NCBI GenBank assembly: GCA_030390025.1
Contig: JASTWF010000031.1
Span: 2,356,001 to 2,420,000 of the forward strand
Source of the DNA: Squalus acanthias
Taxonomy: Eukaryota
DNA: 64,000 bases
Reading direction: 5' to 3'
Shown here: in pieces, positions 11,750 through 24,900 of the stretch
Position numbering within the stretch: the stretch's first letter is position 1
Layout of the letters: each line of letters starts with the position of its first letter
Notes under the pieces: model-generated
What the model was told of the DNA's origin: nothing
The model's database searches: none
The model's input: the letters and a program-made list of their open reading frames with translations, nothing else
Made by a program: the position numbers and the translations under genes

Positions 11750-12570
11750 TTTATAAATCTCTCTCTCTCTCTCTCTCCGCCCGGCTATTTCCTCGCTCTA
11801 TGGTAGTTTGAGTCTCTCTGGCCGATATCACACTTAGATTCCCCCCACCCCCCTCTCTCTCTCTCCAGCCCGCGTTTAAGGGCAGATTCAAGCAGCGGCC
11901 CCTCATACCTGGGGTTCCGATTTCCATTCATGGAGCCCCTTCCTACACACGCTCCTCAGCTTGGTTTCCAGCGGCCTCTGACGGACGGAACCAGCCGGCA
12001 CTCGGGTCTCGGAAACCGGTGGGTGAGCCCGGTTCGCTCTGTCCCGCCTCACTTGGATCCCGGCTGCTGGAGGAGCTGTCTCTCCCTCTCCGGCTGGCGC
12101 AGCTCTGGTGTCTGGGGGGCCGCAGCGCTCGCTCTCTCGCTCTCTCTCCTCCCGGCAAAGGATGAAATACCGGCGGGTGGTGGGGGGGCTCCTGCTTACT
12201 GGGCCGGAGACGATTCCCCCGAGCTAGGCAGGCGGTTTCGGCGGAGCAGAGTGCGCGGTGCCTCAGTGCCTCGATCACTCGCTCTCCTCTCGGGCCTCCC
12301 GCGCGCTCTCCGCTTGGTTTTATTTTCCGCCGCTTTCGTCTTTTTCTGCTCGGCTACGGCGTCTCCCCCAACCGGAACAACCGTCACCCAACCGCCGGAA
12401 ACGACGATTGGCGGCCTCGACTTAATTATTCATAAATTTCACGGGCGGCAGATTAGACGTCACCACGTATGTTAATTAATTAATCATGAACTGTGCGGTA
12501 CGTCTGACGTCACTGCGTTAGCCCCCCCTCCTCCGTAAATCGGTTTCTAAGGAGACGTGGCCTGCTTTCG
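11750..12570 (-). promoter_or_regulatory. CpG island: promoter and 5'UTR of the AGO3-like gene
   Basis: The only GC/CpG-rich kilobase in the window; CCGGAA ETS-type motifs near 12372 and 12395, CCAAT (minus) 12407-12411, CRE TGACGTCA 12505-12512, AGACGTCA 12455-12462. Confidence 0.85.
11909..11927 (-). CDS. AGO3: First coding exon of a second Argonaute, AGO3-like: ATG GAA ATC GGA ACC CCA G|gtatga (MEIGTP)
   Basis: 19-nt coding exon resembling the AGO3 start (MEIGSAG in human, recalled); AG|GTATGA donor; lies in a CpG island downstream of AGO1 on the same strand; exon 2 not found in the window. Confidence 0.85.
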
Positions 12571-13429
12571 GAGGATGATTTTTAAAGGTACAATTTTTGA
12601 AAGAATTGTTTCCCCCCACCCACAGTTTTCTTTTTTTTTTACTGACACCGCGGATTTATTCGGCTTGGGTTTCGTTACCAAATCCTATTGCTTAAAATAA
12701 GCACAGCTCCCGACTCAAGTTTGGCAATGTGATAAATTTTACTTCCAGCAAAGCCGCCGATCCTTCTTTCTCCTCAGGGCTGCTTCAGGCTTGAAATGGC
12801 TGTGTTGAAGGGGTCCGCTGTTACTTGTTTTATCATGTGTCTTCTTGCAGGGTTAGTAAAAGGAGAGCACAGGATTACAAATCAGAGTGCTGAACTCTCC
12901 GCCCTCCATGTGTAGAAGCTGCTGATGTGGTGGAAATGTTTCCTGATGGTCAACAATAAGTGGGTGACCCACATTTTTTTTGTGAGCAAGCAGTTCTCGT
13001 TGTTCAGCAACCTGCCCGAAATATCCCAAGTGAGTTGAGAAGATAACGTTTTAAATAAGGGGTAAGATCTCCACTCAAATAAAATAGAAACACCAGAAGT
13101 AGTTTAATCCTGTCAATAATTACTGACCACCATTCTTATTTATATCCCCGGCAATTGAGGTCGAGTAGGATTAATCAAATTACAAAGAAGGAAGGGGGGG
13201 TGTGGGGGATTCTCGGACCAGCTGGTGATTTTCTGAAGCATCTGCACATCTCAGGACGATAAGAAAGTCCTGAATTCTTGTCATGTGCATTCCTAGCCCT
13301 TCTAAAGTTCTTGGACCATGTACAATGGCGACAGCTTCTGTAGATTATTATTTCTATATTTAATTAGTATTGTAAAAAAAAACTCTAGATATGCTAAACA
13401 TATTTTGCTCTCTGCACCACCCACATGGT

Positions 13430-14032
13430 TAAGAAGACCCAGATGTTCTCCAGTGCCCCTCTGAAAACTGCCACTAGGTGGTGTGGAAGAATGCTCCGCT
13501 TTGACTCATCGGCCGATTTTCCTTGGCTTCTTCTTGGTACCTCACTATAGGTAAAATTAGAAACACAAGAGTATCGGGATTGTGAGTGGGAACCCACTGC
13601 AAAGTAATCCGTGACCGAGCACTTCGGTGCTACTGATACTGTGCTGGTGGCTTCTATTTTTAATTATTTTTATCAGATGTTTGTAGCAGTGGTACAGCTT
13701 TTTTGTTGCTGGTGATTCTGATATTCCCATTTACACCTCCTCTAGACCCATCTTTTATTTATTTACTTGTCCCATTACCATCGTCTTTTGCCTTGCACCA
13801 TCATCCCTTTTGTCATTTAATCTCTCCTGCCTTCCACCCTATCACAGATCTTCCCTTTTGTTCTTTCATCCCCTCCCCCTTTTTCCTGCCTCTGTACTTG
13901 CTTAAAACCTCTTGCATCTCTAACCTTTTCTAGTTCTGCCGAAAGATCATTGACCTGAAACGTTAACTGTTTGTCTCTCCACAGATGCTGCCTGACCTGC
14001 TGAGTATTTCCATCCTTTCTGTTTTTATTTTA
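13430..14032 (+). mobile_element. Second Penelope-like remnant
   Basis: 13720-14030 is similar to 10870-11180; the upstream part has degraded GIY-YIG-like coding (..PVTEHF). Confidence 0.65.
13932..13968 (+). ncRNA. Degenerate minimal hammerhead ribozyme motif, second copy
   Basis: AGTT-CTGcCGA-A-AGaTC-att-GACCT-GAAA-CG-TT-AACT; A6 of the core replaced by C. Confidence 0.55.
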
Positions 14033-14270
14033 GCTTTTTTGTTGCTAGTTTACTCCCTTCCTCTCCTGAAGTTATTGGCTTCTGTAGGCGCCTGACTCCT
14101 CAGGCACTGATTGCTCTTCAGTGTTTCACCCAAGTAGCCATTCTTCATGTGCAAGTGAAGAGAGTGACTGTTAGGCTATTCAGCTGTTGGGGAACAACAC
14201 AACTGAGCCCAATGCCCATACATATGCATTTGTAGCAGGTTAGCAGTTAGGAGCAGAAATCATGGCTGAT

Positions 14271-15389
14271 TGGGGATAATATACTGGCATGGATTGAAAA
14301 TTGGTTAACAGACAGGAAACAGAGAGTAGGAATAAATGGGTCTTTTTCAGGGTGGCAGGCGGTGACTAGTGGGGTACCACAGGGATTAGTGCTTGGGCCC
14401 AGCTATTCACAATATATATCAATGATTTGGATGAGGGAACCAAATATAATATTTCCAAGTTTGCTGACGACTCGAAACTAAGTGGAATTGTGAGTGGAGG
14501 AGGATGCAAAGAGGCTTCAAGGCGATTTAGACAAGTTGAGTGAGTGGGCAAATACATAGCAGATGCAGTATAACGTGGATAAATGTGAAGTTATCCACTT
14601 CGGTAGGAAAAACAGAAAGGCAGAGTATTATTTAAATGGTGATAGATTGGGAAATGTTGATGTACAGAGGGACATGGGTGTCCTTGTACACCAGTCACTG
14701 AAAGCAAACATGCAGGTGCAGCAAGCAGTTAGGAAGGCAAATGGTATATTGGCCTTCATTGCAAGAGGATTTGAGTATAGGAGCAAGGATGTCTTACTAC
14801 AGTTATACAGGGCCTTAGTGAGACCACACCTGGAGTACTGTGTGCAGTTTTGGTCTCCTTACCTAAGAAAGGATATACTTGCCATAGAGGGAGTGCAGCG
14901 AAGGTTCACCAGACTGATTCCTGGGATGGCAGGACTGTCGTATGAGGAGAGATTGGGTTGACTAGGCCTGTATTCACTAGAGTTTAGAAGAATGAGAGGG
15001 ATATCATTGAAACGTGTAAAATTCTGACAGGGTTAGACAGACTAGATGCAGGGAGGATGTTTCCCCTGGCTGGGGGGTCTAGAACAAGGGGTCTCAGGAT
15101 ACGGGGTAGGACATTTAGGACTGAGATGAGTAGAAATTTCTTCACTCAGAGGGTGGTGAACCTGTGGAATTCTCTACCACAGAAGGCTGTGGAGGCCAAG
15201 TCACTGAATATATTTAAGAAGGAGATAGATAGATTTCTAGACACAAAAGGCATCAAGGGGTATGGGGAGAGAGCGGGAATATGGTATTGAAGTAGAGGAT
15301 CAGCCATGATCATATTGAATGGTGGAGCAGGCTCGAAGGGCCGAATGGCCTACTCCTGCTCCTATTTTTCTATGTTCTATGTTTCTATG
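14271..15389 (+). mobile_element. 5'-truncated CR1 LINE (RT C-terminal region and 3' tail)
   Basis: GVPQG and FADD motifs; ORF 14563-14961 with LYRALVRPHLEYCVQFWSP; (TTCTATG)-type tail; interrupts a SINE (14055-14270 and 15390-15500). Confidence 0.92.
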
Positions 15390-17084
15390 ATTTTCCCCTT
15401 TGTAATCTAACTTCACTGAGACAAAATGTCATGCCTGACAGGCTGAAATGAGCTAACTCAGGACAGACTAAGAATTTCATCTGGACCTTCTGGTTCTGCT
15501 TTACCTTTACTTTGAGGAAGGATTTTTTTTTTCTAAATCACAATCTTAGAAAGGGAATTTCCTTTAAAACAAAACAATAAATGTATTAATTTTGTAGCAT
15601 TTCTTATGGAAGTTCAAGAGTGAATTCTCACAGCTTTTTCAAATGCTAACTATGCCTTGGAATCCGACACGTGAGGGAGTCTGAAGTTTAATTTTAAAAA
15701 CACAGTTTAGACAAAACTGTGCGTTATCTCCCATGGAGTGAGAGTTCTACTCTGAGATACTATTAATATAAAAGAAAAGTTTACGCTGCTTACAACGATC
15801 ATCTGATAGGGTTTACCATCCATCTGGTTTCTGGTTTTGGATTGGATATTCCAGTTTGAGTGGACTGTCCACAAATTGTTTATGATGCAGAGACATTGGT
15901 TATTAAGATTTTCAGGGATTTCTTTCAAAGAAAATATCAGAACTCAAGCCATGATCACACTTCCTAATCTGTCTCATCCTGCCCAAGGTGGCAACCTTAT
16001 TATTTGGTTACTCTGTTCTCTCCATTTATTTGCTGAGTTGATCCTCTCATTCTACTGGGCATGCTTGTTATAAAAATTTAATTTGTCCTTGTCTTTTCTG
16101 GTTTTTGACTAGTTTTTAAATAGCAGTTTTAAACACTTTCACAACAAACACCATTGTTTAAATGTGCAGCAGCCCTTTAAGAACTGCTGGTGTCCTCTTT
16201 CCCTGCTCTCTTTCAATAATCGCACTTATGAGAAACATGCAGGGAACACATGCTAATTATTTAAATGAGTTGACCTCACTGAACCTAGTGAGGTTAACTG
16301 ACCGCTCTCCCTGTGCGAGACAATATATGCTCATGCAGCGCTCCCAGCTCCACTTTTGCTGAGATTGTGGAATTAAACTAATGTAGAAATGCTTCAAGGC
16401 TGGATATACGAGACATATCCTTCTGAATGAATGTTTTCCAGTGGCACCCCTATGATATGTTTTACATTCGTGCACTTTGGATCGGTGTCCTCTCTAGATG
16501 TCTCATGAGGCACTGATATTTTTGAGATATATAATGAGATAGAGAAAAAATCATTGTACAGTTAATTACCATGAAACATGCAAATTAATTTAGTACATGA
16601 GTCACAAATCTGCTGCAGTACTTAGAAAAAATATAAAACTGAATAATGGCTGTACAGAAATATGCCAATTTCTAATGGATTGCTGTCCAGTTTTGTTATC
16701 AAAAATATTAAACTAACATGTAATACATTCATTTTTTTCTGAAATTCCGCAGTGTTTGGGTCTAGCAACATATGCCCCTGATTTAATTGAGAAATCCACA
16801 ATAGTGTTAAATGAGTGAAGAATACAGAAAAATTCCACATCAGCACTGATCCAGGCTCCATGTAGATTTAGGGAGAAAATCACTGCCACAGTAAATTGAA
16901 AATGTTTGCAGGCTTTAAACTGTCTGTACATCAATGCTTTTTTCTTAATGTTACATGGGGAGCTTTTATTTTTAACTGCTTAAGAGAATTATTAATTGCT
17001 TTTGCATTGCAGTTGTTCCATTTAAAATGGAGAATACATTATTTTTTCAGAAATGCAAAAGAAACCCTGGTTAAAAAGGTGAAA

Positions 17085-17365
17085 ATCAATTTGTTAATCT
17101 GTGAAGATCCTTGGGATGTTAAAGGTGCTCTATAAATGCAAGTTGTTGTTTCTTGTTCTTGAATTACTTTTAAAGTGTAGTCACTGTTGTCACATTGGTA
17201 AACATGGCAGTCAAATTGCACACAGCAAGGTCCTACAAATAGAAATGAGATAAATGACCAATTAATCTGTTTTTGGGGATGTTGGTTCAAGGTTAAATAT
17301 TAGTCAGGACACAGGGAGAACTCTCCAGCTCTTTATCAAATAGTGCCATAGGATATCATGTGGTC
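17085..17365. mobile_element. L2/Deu-SINE tail fragments
   Basis: ctataaatgcaagttg tail on plus, followed by a minus-strand Deu-SINE 3' half. Confidence 0.55.
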
Positions 17366-17369
17366 TACA

Positions 17370-17685
17370 GGGTGCAGTACAGCAACTCACCAAGGTATTG
17401 ACTGCATCTTCCTCCCCATGACCTCTACCACCAAGAATGACAGAGCAGCGATGTTGTGGGAACACCAATAGCTCCAAGCTCCCCTCCAAGTCACACACCA
17501 TCCTGACTTGGACATATATTGCTGTTCCTTCATAGTTATTGGGCCAGAATTCTGGAATTCCCTACCTAACACCATTGTCACAAGAACTGCAGCACTTCAA
17601 AGAGCAGGTTCATCACCACCTTCTCAGGGCACTTAGGGATTGGCTTTGCCAATGCTGCCCACATCGCGAGAACAAATATAAAAAA
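17370..17685 (+). mobile_element. 3' end of the LINE family seen at 19750-20965
   Basis: Shared 'ccaagtcacacaccatcctgacttg...ccaccttctcagggc...cccacatc'. Confidence 0.7.
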
Positions 17686-18449
17686 ATTGCTATTTTACAA
17701 TGCCTATAATAGTGAAGTCTGAACTCAATGCACCTCTAAGCTTTTCTTCCAGAAATAACTTGGTGACAGTGTGTGTTATATCAGTTAGCATTGCTGTCTG
17801 TAAGCTTACGTCATCCCCATCAGAGTACATGAACTGTCAAAACTGCCCATGATTTAAGAACAATGACACATAACTACAGTCACACCACGTGATAATAGAT
17901 TTTGTCTGAGACAGAATAGAATGGTAATGTCATCGGCAAATGCCCATAAATAATACCCTTTAAACTTTACTGGAATTGCCAGCTGTTCAGAAGGAACAGT
18001 ATATCTGACACACCAAGGACCAGTGATCTACTTTTACAAGGTATGGTGCAATGCTTTAAGACCTGAATCAGTAATCATATATTGTGCTCACTGTATGGAG
18101 CTCCTCTGTATTCAGTGTGATAAGAATTAGTGCTTAGCATTCAAAGCAACTACTTAGTGTTCAACTCTTACAAGATCACTGCTACTTTAGTAAAGGTGGT
18201 TGTTGGATTTGATAGGAAGTGAGCTCAGGGTAGCCCTGAAAACTGCCAGCATATTTATCCAAATAAGTACTCAAACTAACTTGAGAAAATAATATAACTA
18301 ATTAGATTATACAAGGTAGAAAGAGTGGACAATTGTTTTAGACACAATTTTTAAACATATTTTATTCCTCCCTATTGCCAGCATTCTTTTGCTGGGAGAA
18401 AGCTGAGCTTGGAGGTTCATGTGTAACTGTCAATACCACTTCATAATGA

Positions 18450-18685
18450 ACAGGCGGCAACTGGTTGTTATTAATGACAGTGTTTCTGCATGGAGATCGT
18501 TTATTAGTGGAGTCCTACAGGAATCGGTGTTAGGGCTGTTGCTCATCATCTTTCCTACAGTACAACAGTGACTACACTTCAAAAAGTACTTCATTGGCTG
18601 TAAAGCGCTTTGGGATGTCCTGAGGTCGCGAAAGGTTCTATATAAATGCAAGTCTTTTTTTAAAATCTTTTATCAATGATCTGAA
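18450..18685 (+). mobile_element. Old CR1 RT fragment interrupted by a Deu-SINE tail (18550-18660)
   Basis: RRQLVVINDSVSAWRSFISGVLQESVLGLLL then FINDL, split by a SINE 3' end. Confidence 0.6.
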
Positions 18686-19749
18686 CCAGGCATAAGGCCC
18701 ACTGTCAGCTTCTTGGGGCGCCAGTGGAAATATGCACCCCTTGGTTGTAACCAGAGGAAATTGAGGTGGGATGGTCAGGAATCCCCTCTTGTGCTTTATT
18801 ATCATGCTAGCACTGGACCTGCTCCTATTGTAGGTGCAGGCTCTGCCATGCTCCTTGGGGGATGCCCGGGGAATCCTGCAGCAATGTAAATGAGACAAAG
18901 ACCGGGTGTAATGGATCTCCACCCCCTTTTCCTGACCATTGTGCCCAGGGAACATACTCCGTGGAGAAAAGGCCAGGAAAATCAACCCCTAGATGTCAAA
19001 AATCAAAATGTCCCCATCCATATGAAAAATCTGCATGCACTTTCTGTGAGCATTTCCATTATAAATTCCTATGTCCACATTTACCAATGTAAACTTGTCA
19101 TGCTGTAAGTACACTCTCCTGCCAGTGGTGGCGATGTAGCACAGTTTGCATCTCCCAGCTCCTCAGCCCATACTGCAGAGAAACTCGTATGCTCCAACCA
19201 ACTCTACTTCTCTGCTTCCCAAATTGACCTAAATTTTGCCAGTTAACTATAAATATATAAAATCAAAGTATTATAAGGACAGAATGTATGACCTTAAATT
19301 AGGGTCTGAATTACTGCGCGCTCTGGTCAATTATCCCCACGCTCTAACCCCATTTCTCTTAAAGATGACACTTGGCTTCGACTCCCATGTGCAACACCAT
19401 GGAAGACTGACAAGTAGAAAATAATTCTTATGCCTTCAGATCCTCAATAATTTCTAAATCACCTATGCTGCTAACTACTTTGTGTACTTCAATAAGGTGA
19501 TGGAATGTTAGGTAGACTTGCAGCTTAAGTTATGACAAGCCCACATCCCACTGAACTCTCAATATAAATCAATGTCTTTACATGTTATTGTTTTATATTC
19601 AGAGCTGTTGGCTTTTGTGCGGTGATGTAACTTTTTTTTTAAAACTGTTCGTCAGCTTTTGTTGGATTTCTAGGTTGGCATGTATGGTATGGAAGGAATT
19701 GTCAACAGTGCTATTAAACAGTACTCACTCACCGATAACCTGCTCCTCA

Positions 19750-20965
19750 ATGATCAGGTGGGTTCTGCCAGGACTACTCATCTTCAGGATGCAATACTGC
19801 ATTGGTCAAAACATGGACACAAGAACTGAATTCCAAAGGTGGGGCGAGAGTGACTGCCCTTGACACCAAGGAGCCCTAGTAAAAATGAAGTAATTGGGGA
19901 TCAGGGAGGAAAACTCTTCAGTGGCTGGAGTCATATCTGGCACAAAGGAAGATGGTTGTTGGAGGCCAATTATCTCAGCCCCAGGATATTACTGCAGGAG
20001 TTCCTCAGGGCAGAATCCTAGGTCCAACTATCTTCAGCTGCTTCGTCAATGGCATTCCCTCCAACACAAGGTCAGAAGTGGGGCTGTTCGCTGATGAGTG
20101 CGCAGTGTTCTGCTTCATTCATAATTCTTCAGATAATGAAGCAGCCCATGCGCACGTGCAGCAAGATCTGGACAACATCCAGGCTTGGGCTGATAAGTGG
20201 CAAGTAAGATTTGCGGCACATAAGTGCCAAAAAATGACCATCTTCAACAGGAGAGCCTAACCACCTCCCCTTGACATGCAATGGTATTAGCATTGCCAAG
20301 TCCTCCACCATCAGTATCCTAGTTGGCGCGGGGGTGGGCGGTCACCATTGACCAGAAACTTACCTGGACCAGACACACAATTGCTGTGGCTGCTAGAGCA
20401 AGCTGGGTATTTTGCCGTGAGTGGCTCACCTTCCGACTCCCAAAGCCTCTCCACCACCTACAAGGCACATGTCAAGAGTGTGTTGGAATACTCTCTACTT
20501 GCCTGGATGGGTGAAGCTGCAACAACAGTCAAGAGGTTCAACACCATCCAGGACAAAGCAGTCTGCTTGATCGGCAGCTCATCCACGAGCCTAAAAATCA
20601 CCCTCTCCACCACCAGTGTACTGTGGCTGCAGCGTGTTTTGCAGCAACTCGCCAAAGCTTCTTCAGCAGCACCTCCCAAGCCCACGACCTCCACCACCTA
20701 GAAGGACAAAGGCAGCAAGTGTATGGGACCGCTATCATCTCCAAGTTCCTCTTTAAGTCACACACCATCCTGACTTGCACAGATATCACCATTCCTTCAT
20801 CATCGATTGGCCAAATCTTAGAACTCCATACCTAACAGAGCACCTTCACCACACGGACTGCAGCAGTTCAAGAGGAAAGCCTACCACAACCTTCTCAGGC
20901 CAACTAGGGATGGGCAATAAATGCCGCCCTTGCCAGCGACACCTACATCCCAAGAATAAATATAT
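19750..20965 (+). mobile_element. Degraded non-LTR retrotransposon (CR1/jockey-group RT)
   Basis: ORFs 19952-20260 (GVPQGRILGP, FADE) and 20348-20701 (YKAHVKSVLEYS). Confidence 0.85.
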
Positions 20966-20984
20966 ATTTTTAAAATACCCAAAT

Positions 20985-21965
20985 TACATAGCATTTACAA
21001 CACAAACAGGCCATTTGGCCCAACAGGTCCATGCCAGTGTTTATGCACCAGTCAAGCCTCCTCCCACCCCACCCTTCTTCATCTAACCCCATCAACATAT
21101 CCTTTTATTCCTTTCTCCCTCATGTATTTATCTAGCTTCCCCTTAAATGCATCTATGCTAGTCGCCTCAACTACTCTTTATGGTAGCAAGTTCCACATTC
21201 TAACCACTCTCTGGGTAAAGGAAGTTTCTCCGGAATTCCCTATTGGATTTATTAGTGGCTGTCTTATATTTATGGCCCCTGGTGCTGGTTTCCCCCGCAA
21301 GTGGAAACATCTCTATGTCTACCCCATCAAACTCTTTAATAATCTTAAAGACCTCTATCAGGTCACCCCCTCAGTCTTTTTTCTAGAGAAAAGAGCCCCA
21401 GCCTGTTAAATCTTTCCTGATAGTTATAACCTCTCAGTTCGGATATCATTCTAGTAAATCTCTTTTGCACCTGCTGCAGTTTTATAATATGAAGACCAGA
21501 ACAGTTCACAGTATTCCAAGTGTAGACCAACCAAGGTTCTATATATGTTTAACATAACTTCTCTGCTTTTCAATTCTATCCCTCTAGATATGAACCCCAG
21601 TGCTTTGTTAGCTTTTTTTTTTAATGGCCTGATTAACCTGTGCCACTTTTAGTGATTTGTGTATCTGTACCCCCGGATCCCTCTGCCCCATTTAGACACT
21701 TATTTCCCAAGGAGTACGTGGCCTCCTTATTCTTCCTACCAAAATGTACCACCTCACACTTATCTATATTGAAGTTCATTTGCCAATTACATGCCCATTC
21801 TACAAGTTTACTAATGTCTTCCTATATTTTGTCGCTACTTCCCCTCTAACTATCGCCCCCAATTTGGTGTCATCCGCAAATTTTGAAATTGTACTTCAGA
21901 TTCCCAAGTCCAAATTGCTTATGTAAATAGTGAACAAGAGTGATCCTTGTGGAAAACCACTTCTG
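20985..21965 (-). mobile_element. Degraded CR1 LINE 3' region
   Basis: Reverse complement has FADDTKL (tttgcggatgacaccaaattg) and a CR1 tail (gttgggccaaatggcctgttt). Confidence 0.8.
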
Positions 21966-24900
21966 AGCAACTACAACTTGTTAACTACGGTGATTGCCAC
22001 CGATTTAAAAATACACGGTGTAAATAGATTAACATGCAACCTGTGCTTGGAGTAAGCAGGCAACCTTATGCTGCTTTTATAATGCAGGTACCAGTTTGAT
22101 ATTATTAACTGCTTCAGAGCGATGTTAGTCAGTAATACCAAGTTATATTACCAGCTATGCATCGCTGTGTACTCAGGAAAAAGCAGGGCTCTACACATGT
22201 ATTAAAATGTATGAACAGAGCTCTGCAGCAGCCTCATAATAAGTTACATTTTTAATGTTAGGAACAGATGAATGTTTTGTCTATAATAACAGCAAAATAC
22301 AAAAGCAGTCCACATGGAATCAAAAAAAAAGTTTAAAAAGATACCTTAGCATCAATTTAGGCTATACTGCCGTTGGTGTGAAGCCCCAGGTGTGCCAGTC
22401 TACTTGCTAAAATTTTGAATGGCTTCAAACTCAAGTTTTGTATTTTTGTGTCGATGCATTGCAGCATCCTATCTCAACACAGAAATGGAAGTATAACTAG
22501 CCTATTCCAGGTAGTCATAATTACAATATGGAGAATTTTAAGATACAATTTTCGATTTAAGTTCAGCTATCAAATAGCCAGCCTGGTTAATTCCTTATAG
22601 TTCTTCCAGATAAAATCCCTCTCTGTCATTTGATCTAAATACTGTAGATTGCATACTTACATGATAGTACACAGATGTAATGTAATTGAATAGTTACAAA
22701 AAGCAGAGTTCTCCCAATGGTCTAATGAATAAAATCATTGCCCAGCAAAAATATTGCAATTGATAGATTCATCAGTTTCACTTATGTCATGCTGTGGTTG
22801 CTTTATACTTTTAAGTACGTGAAAGAGGTTACCCTCTAAAGCCTTAACCTCTGACTCCGTGGGTAAACGGCCAGACTTCTGGAGAAGAGAAATATAAGCA
22901 GACACTGCCATTTAATTGGTCTAGGTTTTCTGCTCATAATGCTGACAGTAATCCATTAAAATGAATGGATTACCATCAATGTTACAATTGAAAAAACAAG
23001 ACCATTAAGTGCATTTTTGGAGTCTTAGAGAAGCATTTTCACTGTGTAAATTTCACTGGGGAATGTCACAGCATAGCTCTGATAAGGGCACTCACATCTT
23101 TGCTACATATTGTATTCTGCATAAGGTTTGAAACTGCTGCAGGATTTTGGTAGGCATTTCTTAGTGGCGATATGATTTGAGCAGGAAATTTATGCCAATG
23201 ACATCCTGAATTATTTCATGTTGAGACACAAGCCACCTTTGACACATTCATCACAGTATATTTTAGATCAAGTGAGATTGTGTGGGTAGCCAAACTACTG
23301 AGAAAATCTCTCTTCAGTGCAGTTTATGAAAACTGGAAGATTTCAAAGCTTTAAATTGTTTCTCCAAGTTCTTATATAATTGGTTTTACAGATGGTTTTC
23401 AAGTTGCCCTTTTTCATTTGGGTGAGCTGATGCATCTCATTATAACTTCTAGTTCTGTCCTTTTCAGTGAAAATTGACAAAAGGAGGCGCTTACTCTGGG
23501 ATGCTTTGAATAAAATTACTTCGAGAAGTTGCTTCAAATCACTTTTTATTTCTTAAAAAAAACACTTGTGCAGCAAGGAAAAGGAACATAGAAAATTATA
23601 AATAGAGTTAACTTCAGTATATTGGTTCAGTGTAAGAAAATAAACCACTCTGCCTCAGTAAATACTTGAGCATAACTCTCAGCACCAAGACAATTGCCTT
23701 AGCTGACTACAATTTTTTTTTAAACAGGAATAGCCACAGACATGGCCTGGGGCTCAGCCTCTACTTTCACAGGAAGTAAAGTCAGATGGTAGGATTGATG
23801 AATTATCAGTTTACTGAGGGGTGACGATTTGATGTACTAATCAACTCATACCCTCTCAGCTGATACTGCCAAATTGTAGATGTTTCCAAGCTTCCTTTTG
23901 AATGTCAGTTAACTCCTGCCCAAAACAAGTGCGCAGATTATCTTTCACTCTCTCGTCAATTTTGTGCCCCTCCCCCTGAAGGCACTGACTTCAGTTCCAG
24001 TTCCACAAGCCCAAGTTCAGCCTTTAGGCTATTTGACTGTGAAGGGCATCCACAGCTAAGCTTCATCTTGTTGCCCACATCCCCACATTTCTAGCAAGGA
24101 TTGGTGGATAGTGACCAGAAGCAGAAATCCTGGCCAATTTTCCCCTCCCTAACTCAATGGCACTGACTTAATTATAGTACCCAATCAGGATTGGCTAACT
24201 CAACACAGACCAGGGACTGAATCTGGGATTCAGCTATTCACTGGATAAATTTGTTGAGTCATTAGCGATGCCCTGTCATGTTCAAATGACACAAAAGAGG
24301 GAAGAACCTCATTGTCTGAACCGGCTGAATAGCTAATCAGCCAGGATTAAGGAAGTGTCCAGCCAGTGACCCTTTGTAAAGTCTTGTTCATTAAGTCCCT
24401 TCTTGTTAGAATTCCACAATTTATGGCAGCAGGGAGAATAAATATTGTGCACTTTTAAAGTTAATTTGTTGCTTTTCGTTTTGCACATCATTCTTTAGCT
24501 GAGAGGGTAAACAGCGAGCAGCTCCCAGGCTTCTGCAAGTGCCAATCGCCAATAGATAACTGGGAAAAACACAACAGTAGCCCAGCCTGATTCTCTCCAA
24601 TTTTCACCTTCCTATGTGGCCAAGCTAAAATCAGGTAGGCACATAAAAACACCCCCTGTGACTCCAGCAGGCAATGCATTCCAGTAGCAACACATTGCAC
24701 CCGGGCCACCTTTTACATGTTACATTTTGTACAATTTACACAAAAATGGTTGTAAACAAACAGTTTACAGAATTATTATTTTTAAGCACATTAGACATCA
24801 TTGAGTGCTACAAAAACAGGCTTCCACTGCATCAGGAGGTTGATGATCTCTCTCTTCAATAATTTTCCTCTCAGGTTAAAACCCAAGTCCGTCCCAGATC

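Noticed and set aside
1-11908. AGO3 exon 2 (expected PRRPGYGT/KLLAN-type peptide)
   Set aside because: Not seen in the ORF track or by eye; presumably beyond the left edge, though a manual search could miss it
11930-12475. 181-aa plus-strand ORF, and overlapping minus-strand ORFs, in the CpG island
   Set aside because: GC-rich, stop-poor sequence antisense to or within the AGO3 5'UTR; low-complexity peptide with no recognisable domain
22935-22980. Short ccatt...aatgg hairpins, also near 33550, 53705 and 54312, as pre-miRNAs
   Set aside because: Stems are short and imperfect; more likely centres of decayed palindromic DNA-transposon relics
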